A stretch of 64,000 nucleotides of DNA from an uncultured Gemmatimonadales bacterium (lineage in GTDB: Bacteria > Gemmatimonadota > Gemmatimonadetes > Gemmatimonadales > GWC2-71-9). The stretch is taken from NCBI GenBank assembly GCA_963730915.1, contig CAVSTR010000004.1:215014-279013 (forward strand). Direction: 5' to 3'. Made by a program: the position numbers and the translations under genes. Under the pieces are notes generated by a model. The model did not search any database. It was not told where the DNA came from and saw nothing but the letters and a program-made list of their open reading frames with translations. Below, in pieces: positions 58,971 to 64,000 of the stretch (positions within the stretch are counted from its first letter, which is position 1; each line of letters begins with the position of its first letter).

Positions 58971-59735
58971 CTAGGCCAAGGCGGCAACACTGTCCAGGAT
59001 TCGGTCCGGCACGATTCCACTTTCGGCCAGAGCCGACTCGCGGTACTTGCCTGTTCGCACCAGCCAACCGCTCAGACCGGCACGTTGTGCGCCCTGTACG
59101 TCAGACCAGAGATCGTCACCGATCATGACCACGGATTTTCTGGTATCGAGACCCATGCTTCGGACCGCCGCCGTGTAGAACGCTGAGCTGGGCTTCCCCG
59201 CTACCAGGGCCTGTTTGCCTACTGCGAACTCCAGGCCAGCCACGAAGGGCCCGGCATCCAACGCCAGCTTCCCGTCTCGGAGCCAGTAGCGGTCACGGGA
59301 CAGCGCGATCAATGCCGCGCCTGCCATGACGTACTCGAACGCTTCCTGCAGCAGGGTGTAACTCCACCCCTCGCCCAGATCGCCGATCAGCACCGCCTCC
59401 GGGATCCCAGGTGGATTGCCCGAGGTGCCGCCGGAAAGCCGCAGATCGTTCAAGTCCCCCAGGGCGGGCTCGGGAACGAACGGTGCGACAACGCGGTAGC
59501 CCGCTTCCCGTGCTACCTGGGCCCCGGCCACGGTCGCCGTGAACAGCTCAGCAGTCGAGACGTTCAGGCCATAACCGGCCAGCCGCTGCACCAGCAGCGC
59601 CCGTGAGCGACTCGTGGTGTTGGTGACCAGGCGGAAGGGGATCTGCTCCTTCCGAAGGCGGGCCAAGGCAGACGCCGCACCGGGAATCGGGCCGGCCGTG
59701 GTGTAGAGGGTCCCGTCCAGGTCGAGGAGGAAGGC
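58971..59735 (-). CDS. HAD-superfamily hydrolase (subfamily IIA-like); no canonical start codon found
   Basis: ORF 58971..59666 has TNTTS, the cap region and GDDLWSDVQGAQRAG. The essential LLDLDGTLY motif lies upstream in the same frame (about 59700-59726). There are no ATG/GTG/TTG codons between it and an in-frame TGA, so either the start is CTG or a frameshift links it to ATG 59794. Confidence 0.65.
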   Translation of the reverse strand, partial: AFLLDLDGTLYTTAGPIPGAASALARLRKEQIPFRLVTNTTSRSRALLVQRLAGYGLNVSTAELFTATVAGAQVAREAGYRVVAPFVPEPALGDLNDLRLSGGTSGNPPGIPEAVLIGDLGEGWSYTLLQEAFEYVMAGAALIALSRDRYWLRDGKLALDAGPFVAGLEFAVGKQALVAGKPSSAFYTAAVRSMGLDTRKSVVMIGDDLWSDVQGAQRAGLSGWLVRTGKYRESALAESGIVPDRILDSVAALA

Positions 59736-59764
59736 CTCGGGCTCGGTCAGGGTATATTTCCCGG

Positions 59765-60460
59765 GTGACGCTGCTCTCGCTGCTCCTCTCGCATGCCCTT
59801 CTCCTCACGGGGCTGGCCGCTGCGCCCCCCTTCGAGGTGGGGGAGACGCTTCGGTACGACGCCAAGCTGGGCTACTTCCCCGTCGGCACCGCCACCGTTG
59901 CCGTAAGCCGAACCACCCAGGAGCGCGGGATTGCGGCCTATGTGTTCACCATGGCTGGACAGGGAGGGCCGCCGGGCTGGCGAGTTCGCTACGATCTGAC
60001 GTCGTGGGTCGACAGCCGCCGCTTCAACTCGCTGCGGTTCCACCGGCGTCTGGTCAACGGCAATAAGCTGGACGAGAACGAATACATGATTCTCCCCGAT
60101 TCCGGGCGGTATCGTCAGGTCGGCATGACCGGCGAATGGGTCTCTCCACCGGAGCCCCTGGACGAGCTCGCCTTTCTGTACTTCCTCAGAACCGCGCCGC
60201 TGAAGCTGGGCCAGTCATACACCTATTCGCGATATTTCAGGAACGGCTATAACCCGGTACAGGTAAAGGTCGCCGAGGCTTTGGAGACCGTGACACTGCC
60301 GGACGGTAAGACAGCGCCGGCTTACCCCCTCGAAGTCTCCTCCCGGGGTATGGTCATGAAGGTCTGGATCACCGATGACGCCCGCCGCCTGCCGGTGCAG
60401 CTGGAAGTGCCGCTTCCGTTTGGGGTAGTCACGCTTCAACTGACGGCGGTAGGGCGGTAG
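59765..60460 (+). CDS. DUF3108-family exported protein
   Basis: Signal peptide, then FEVGETLRYDAKLGYFPVGTATVAV... and a beta-rich body, as in DUF3108. The stop lies inside a GGCGGTAGG repeat arm. Confidence 0.6.
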   Translation: MTLLSLLLSHALLLTGLAAAPPFEVGETLRYDAKLGYFPVGTATVAVSRTTQERGIAAYVFTMAGQGGPPGWRVRYDLTSWVDSRRFNSLRFHRRLVNGNKLDENEYMILPDSGRYRQVGMTGEWVSPPEPLDELAFLYFLRTAPLKLGQSYTYSRYFRNGYNPVQVKVAEALETVTLPDGKTAPAYPLEVSSRGMVMKVWITDDARRLPVQLEVPLPFGVVTLQLTAVGR

Positions 60461-60553
60461 GGCGGTACATAGTGAAGCGTTGTAAACCCGTGCGCGCCTG
60501 ACTGCCTCCGCCCTCTTTTCTACCGCCTTACCGGCTTACCGGCCTTCCGCCCC
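60445..60553. repeat. palindromic tandem-repeat element (GGCGGTAGG x3 vs CTACCGCCTTACCGGCTTACCGGCC)
   Basis: Left arm 60445-60467 and right arm 60506-60553, between the convergent stops of the DUF3108 gene and glnA. Confidence 0.7.
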
Positions 60554-60554
60554 A

Positions 60555-61955
60555 CTAATACCGCCCCAAATAATTGTCGATCTCCCACTTGCTCACCTGA
60601 AGGTTGTACTGCAGCACTTCGTCGCGCTTGGCTTCGAGGAACCGCTCCGTCAGGTGTTCGCCCAGTGCCTGCTTGACCACGTCGTCCTTTTCCATCATCT
60701 CCAGCGCCTCATGCAAATCGCGCGGAAGCTCGTCGATCCGGTACTTTCGCCGGTCGCGGTAGCTCATGGCGAAGATGTTGCGGCTCACCGGTTCGCGAGC
60801 GTCGAGCTTGCGTTCGATTCCATCGAGGCCCGCCGCCAGCTGCACCGTCAAGGCGAGGTACGGATTGCAGGATGGATCCGGCATACGAAGCTCGCAGCGG
60901 GTACCCAGCCCACGCCGATCTGGAATCCGGACGAGAGGTGAGCGGTTTCGCATCGACCACGCCACGTTCACCGGTGCCTCGTACCCGGGTACAAGGCGCT
61001 TGTAGCTATTGATCAGCGGATTGGTGATGGCGCAAAATCCTCGAGCGTGCTGGAGCAACCCCTCGATGTAGCTGAGTGCCGTACGCGACAGCTGGTACTC
61101 GGCTTTCGGATCGAAGAAGGCGTTCTCTTTTCCGCGAAACAGCGATTGGTGCGTGTGCATCCCGCTGCCATTGATTCCCTCGATCGGCTTGGGCATGAAG
61201 GACGCGACGAACCCGAAGCGGCTGGCGACGTTGCGCACCACGAACTTGAACGTCGTGAGATTGTCGGCGGTAGTCAGCGCGTCGGCATACCGGAAGTCGA
61301 TTTCGTGTTGCCCGATCGCCACCTCGTGGTGAGCGGCCTCGACTTCGAACCCCATCTCCACCAGCTGCTCGACGATGACGCGCCTGATCTCCTCACCGCG
61401 GTCGACCGGTCCCAGGTCGAAGTACGCCGCGGAGTCGTGGGTGATCGTCGTGGGAGACCCATCCAGCGCCTTCTCGAACAGAAAGAACTCGGCCTCGCAG
61501 CCGGCCATCATCGCGAAGCCAAGCTTGCGGGCCCGCTCCACCTGGCGCTTGAGCGTGGTACGGGGGCAACCGACGAATGGCTCCTCGTTCGGGGTATAGA
61601 TGTCGCAGAGCAGCCGGGCAACACGCCCTCCCTCGTCCTCGTAGGGCAGAATCCGGAACGTGTGCAGATCGGGCTTGAGCAGCATGTCCGATTCCTCGAT
61701 CCGGACGAAGCCTTCGATGGATGATCCATCGAACATGATCTCACCGTCCAGCGCCTTCTCGAACTGGCTGCGCGGCACCTCTACGTTCTTGTTGACACCG
61801 AGGATGTCGGTGAACTGGAGACGGATGAAGTCGACGCTGAACCGCCGGGTGAGCTCCAGTAGCTCCGTCTTCCCGGCTCCCCCGAGGTCGGTAGGAAACC
61901 CCTCGAGGCTGGGGCGGTCGACAGATCCGGGCGGACGCTGCTTTGCTGGGGACAT
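60555..61955 (-). CDS. glnA: glutamine synthetase, type I
   Basis: FIRLQFTDILG..., FDGSSIEGF, GCEAEFFLF, HHEVAIGQHEIDF, PKPIEGINGSGMHTHQSL, NSYKRLVPGYEAP, RNRSPLVRIP. Start at internal Met 61955; the track ORF extends to 61985. Confidence 0.9.
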   Translation of the reverse strand: MSPAKQRPPGSVDRPSLEGFPTDLGGAGKTELLELTRRFSVDFIRLQFTDILGVNKNVEVPRSQFEKALDGEIMFDGSSIEGFVRIEESDMLLKPDLHTFRILPYEDEGGRVARLLCDIYTPNEEPFVGCPRTTLKRQVERARKLGFAMMAGCEAEFFLFEKALDGSPTTITHDSAAYFDLGPVDRGEEIRRVIVEQLVEMGFEVEAAHHEVAIGQHEIDFRYADALTTADNLTTFKFVVRNVASRFGFVASFMPKPIEGINGSGMHTHQSLFRGKENAFFDPKAEYQLSRTALSYIEGLLQHARGFCAITNPLINSYKRLVPGYEAPVNVAWSMRNRSPLVRIPDRRGLGTRCELRMPDPSCNPYLALTVQLAAGLDGIERKLDAREPVSRNIFAMSYRDRRKYRIDELPRDLHEALEMMEKDDVVKQALGEHLTERFLEAKRDEVLQYNLQVSKWEIDNYLGRY

Positions 61956-61986
61956 CAGGTTCCGGAATGTGGTCGTGGAGAACAAC

Positions 61987-62160
61987 GTGAACGGTGAAAA
62001 GTGAAGGGGTGAAAAGTGAACAGTAAACGGTAAACCGGAAGAGCCGGTTCGGACAGCTGCCGAGTTCCCGACCTAGGCCTCTGCGTTGCCACTCAACCAT
62101 TTCACTCTTCACTGCTCACTCTTCACTCACTGTTCACTCTTTAACGAAACCGGTTTACGC
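61987..62160. repeat. palindromic tandem-repeat element (GTGAA(A/G)(A/G)G units vs CTCTTCAC/CACT units)
   Basis: GTGAACGGTGAAAAGTGAAGGGGTGAAAAGTGAACAGTAAACGGTAAACCGG (61987-62038) versus TTCACTCTTCACTGCTCACTCTTCACTCACTGTTCACTCTT...AAACCGGTTTACGC (to 62160). It fills the divergent promoter region of glnA and the zinc-ribbon gene. Confidence 0.7.
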
Positions 62161-62170
62161 TTCTGGTCTC

Positions 62171-62962
62171 ATGGAAGAATCCACCGCCAGACCTTGTCCC
62201 CGGTGCGGTGCCGTGGCCTCGGGAAACTTCTGTAGTGCCTGCGGCACGGCCCTGAGTCACCGTACCTGCACGCATTGCCAGGCGGCCATGTCGGCTGAGG
62301 CACGCTTTTGTCACCGCTGCGGCAGTCCGGCGATCTCGCCGGTCGGTGCTTCTCCGGCCGCATCGGAGCGGAAGGCCTGGATCGTCGCCGGCGTTGCGTG
62401 TGTTCTGCTGGTGGGTGCAATCGCCTACCAGGTATCGGATGCAGCTCCCACTCCTGCTACGCCGGACATGTCGAATGCCGGAGCAGCTGGAGGCATTCAG
62501 AGCGGCAGCGCTCCGGTTGGGCCGGCGCCCGACATCAGCGCCATGACCCCGCGCCAGCGGTTCGACCGGCTCTTCAACCGCATCATGCAGGCAGCCGAGC
62601 GGCGGGACTCGGCAGAGGTCCAGCGGTTCACTCCCATGGCCCTCGGGGCCTACGATCAGCTCGACTCCCGCGACGCCGATGCGAGATATCATGCCGCAGT
62701 CCTGCACATGCAGGTAGGAAGCCTGGATGCGGCGCGAGCACTGTCTGATACCATACTCAGCGAATCACCGCACCATCTGTTCGGCTACGTCGTGCGTGGC
62801 GAAGTCGCGGAGCTCGAGGGGGCCGACCAACCGCTGGCGAAGGCTCGCCGGGACTTTCTGGCGCAGTATCCGTCGCAAATAGCCACGAAGCGGGTAGAAT
62901 ATCTGGAGCACCAGCCCGTGCTTGACGAGTTCAAGACGAAAGCCGAGGGTGGCACCAGATGA
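62171..62962 (+). CDS. double zinc-ribbon membrane protein with helical-repeat C-domain
   Basis: CPRCGAVASGNFCSACG and CTHCQAAMSAEARFCHRCG, one TM (AWIVAGVACVLLVGAIAY), then a TPR-like C-terminal part. Confidence 0.65.
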   Translation: MEESTARPCPRCGAVASGNFCSACGTALSHRTCTHCQAAMSAEARFCHRCGSPAISPVGASPAASERKAWIVAGVACVLLVGAIAYQVSDAAPTPATPDMSNAGAAGGIQSGSAPVGPAPDISAMTPRQRFDRLFNRIMQAAERRDSAEVQRFTPMALGAYDQLDSRDADARYHAAVLHMQVGSLDAARALSDTILSESPHHLFGYVVRGEVAELEGADQPLAKARRDFLAQYPSQIATKRVEYLEHQPVLDEFKTKAEGGTR

Positions 62963-63801
62963 CACGGATCATACGAGTGGCCCACAGCCCGGATTCGGAC
63001 GACGCGTTCATGTTCTACGCTCTGGCAGAGGGCAAGCTCGACACGGGCTCACTCCAGTACATGCATGAGCTCAGCGACATCGAATCGTTGAATCAGCGGG
63101 CCCTCCGCGCGGAGCTCGAGGTGACCGCGGTCTCGATCCATGCCTACGCCTATCTGTGGCGGAACTACGTGCTGCTCGGATCCGGGTCGTCCATGGGCGA
63201 CGGATACGGGCCGCGCCTGGTCTCCAGGATCGAGCGTCCGGACGATCCTCGTCTGGCTCTCCGCGGCCTGCGAGTTGCGGTGCCCGGCAAGCTGACGACG
63301 GCATACCTGGGGCTTCAGCTCTATCAACCCGATGTCATCAGCGTCGTCGTGCCGTTCGATCAGATCGAAGACGCCGTGCATGCCGGCGAGGTGGATGTCG
63401 GTCTCCTGATCCATGAAGGACAGCTGACTTTCGGGGATGCGGGTCTTCACCTCTGGACCGATCTTGGGGCCTGGTGGCTGGAAGAAACCGGGCTGCCACT
63501 GCCACTTGGCGGCAATGCGGTGCGTCGGGATCTGGGTCCCGAGGTGATCGCCCAGATTGCCCGGGATCTGCGTGCCAGCATTGTATACGCCCTGGAACAC
63601 AGGGCCCCCGCCCTGGCTCACGCGCGGCAGTTCAACCGGGGAATCGGCGACGAACGCACGGACACGTTCGTCGGCATGTACGTCAACGAGTGGACCGTCG
63701 ACTACGGCCCTCGAGGGCGGCAAGCGGTACAGCTGCTGCTCGACCGCGCCCACGCCGCGGGTGTCGTCCCCGAGCGGGTGACAGTAGAGTTTGTTGGATG
63801 A
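62959..63801 (+). CDS. MqnA/MqnD-family protein (futalosine-pathway menaquinone biosynthesis family)
   Basis: RVAHSPDSDDAFMFYALAEGKLDT... and HEGQLTF match the family pattern I recall. ATGA overlap with the upstream gene. Confidence 0.65.
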   Translation: MTRIIRVAHSPDSDDAFMFYALAEGKLDTGSLQYMHELSDIESLNQRALRAELEVTAVSIHAYAYLWRNYVLLGSGSSMGDGYGPRLVSRIERPDDPRLALRGLRVAVPGKLTTAYLGLQLYQPDVISVVVPFDQIEDAVHAGEVDVGLLIHEGQLTFGDAGLHLWTDLGAWWLEETGLPLPLGGNAVRRDLGPEVIAQIARDLRASIVYALEHRAPALAHARQFNRGIGDERTDTFVGMYVNEWTVDYGPRGRQAVQLLLDRAHAAGVVPERVTVEFVG

Positions 63802-63808
63802 GGGCTGA

Positions 63809-63914
63809 CAGCTAGGAGCTGGGAGCTAGGAGCTGGAAGCGCCCGGGATTACCGAATGAATGACTCCTGACTTCTAGCTCATGACTCCCAGCTCCTAGCT
63901 CCTAGCTCCCAGCT
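63809..63914. repeat. palindromic tandem-repeat element (GCTAGGAGCTGGGA units)
   Basis: CAGCTAGGAGCTGGGAGCTAGGAGCTGG (63809-63836) versus CCCAGCTCCTAGCTCCTAGCTCCCAGCT (63887-63914). Confidence 0.7.
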
Positions 63915-63920
63915 TAACTA

Positions 63921-63926
63921 AAGGAG
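63921..63926 (+). promoter_or_regulatory. Shine-Dalgarno sequence AAGGAG
   Basis: AAGGAG lies 5 nt upstream of GTG 63932. Confidence 0.5.
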
Positions 63927-63931
63927 TCCGC

Positions 63932-64000
63932 GTGCCCCTGAATGATGGGCCGGTAACGCTGCTCGTTGTGGACGACGAGGAAGCGATCTGTAATGCTCTC
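63932..64000 (+). CDS. response regulator receiver domain, N-terminal fragment (runs off the window)
   Basis: VPLNDGPVTLLVVDDEEAICNAL is the classic receiver beta1/acidic-pocket start. Confidence 0.6.
   Translation, partial: MPLNDGPVTLLVVDDEEAICNAL

Overview
High-GC bacterial chromosome segment from a diderm (TonB/SusC receptor, Omp85). A Gemmatimonadota-like origin is only my guess. About 55 protein genes are supportable. They include a SusC/SusD pair with an OmpR-type regulator, a Ser/Thr kinase, the fadI-fadJ beta-oxidation pair, glpD, an actinobacterial-style fused Kgd/OdhA 2-oxoglutarate dehydrogenase, tkt-tal, a DAACS transporter, an M61 peptidase, gluQ, rpsD, glnA, an MqnA/D-family gene and a radical-SAM/lipid-kinase/PAP2 operon. 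There is one complete tRNA-Cys(GCA). Three things stand out. (1) 35.8-52.8 kb looks like three head-to-tail island segments. They are bounded by four direct copies of the 3' half of tRNA-Cys, each next to a conserved island-end module, with an integrase remnant visible in the second and third segments. Cargo differs per segment: a PQQ dehydrogenase, Kelch protein and GT39; a Big_2 lipoprotein and S8-Kelch protease; a DUF4331/TPR/HupE/DUF6702 cassette. (2) At least ten loci carry an unusual element: two complementary arms built from short tandem repeats, with the repeat unit differing by locus, flanking a 40-120 nt core. Two cores (a third more weakly) contain a GTCATC-type hairpin. One element lies in frame inside the sucA/kgd linker. 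(3) Many otherwise well-conserved genes, including essential ones, are split by single-base frameshifts. This points to uncorrected indel errors in the assembly rather than biology. The PQQ dehydrogenase has more than 10 frame switches and the Kelch gene several. The ORF track shows GTG/TTG starts as M and includes stop codons in its coordinates. Most long ORFs antisense to real genes are GC-driven shadows. Everything here is read by eye and from memory of protein families; no searches or computations were run.
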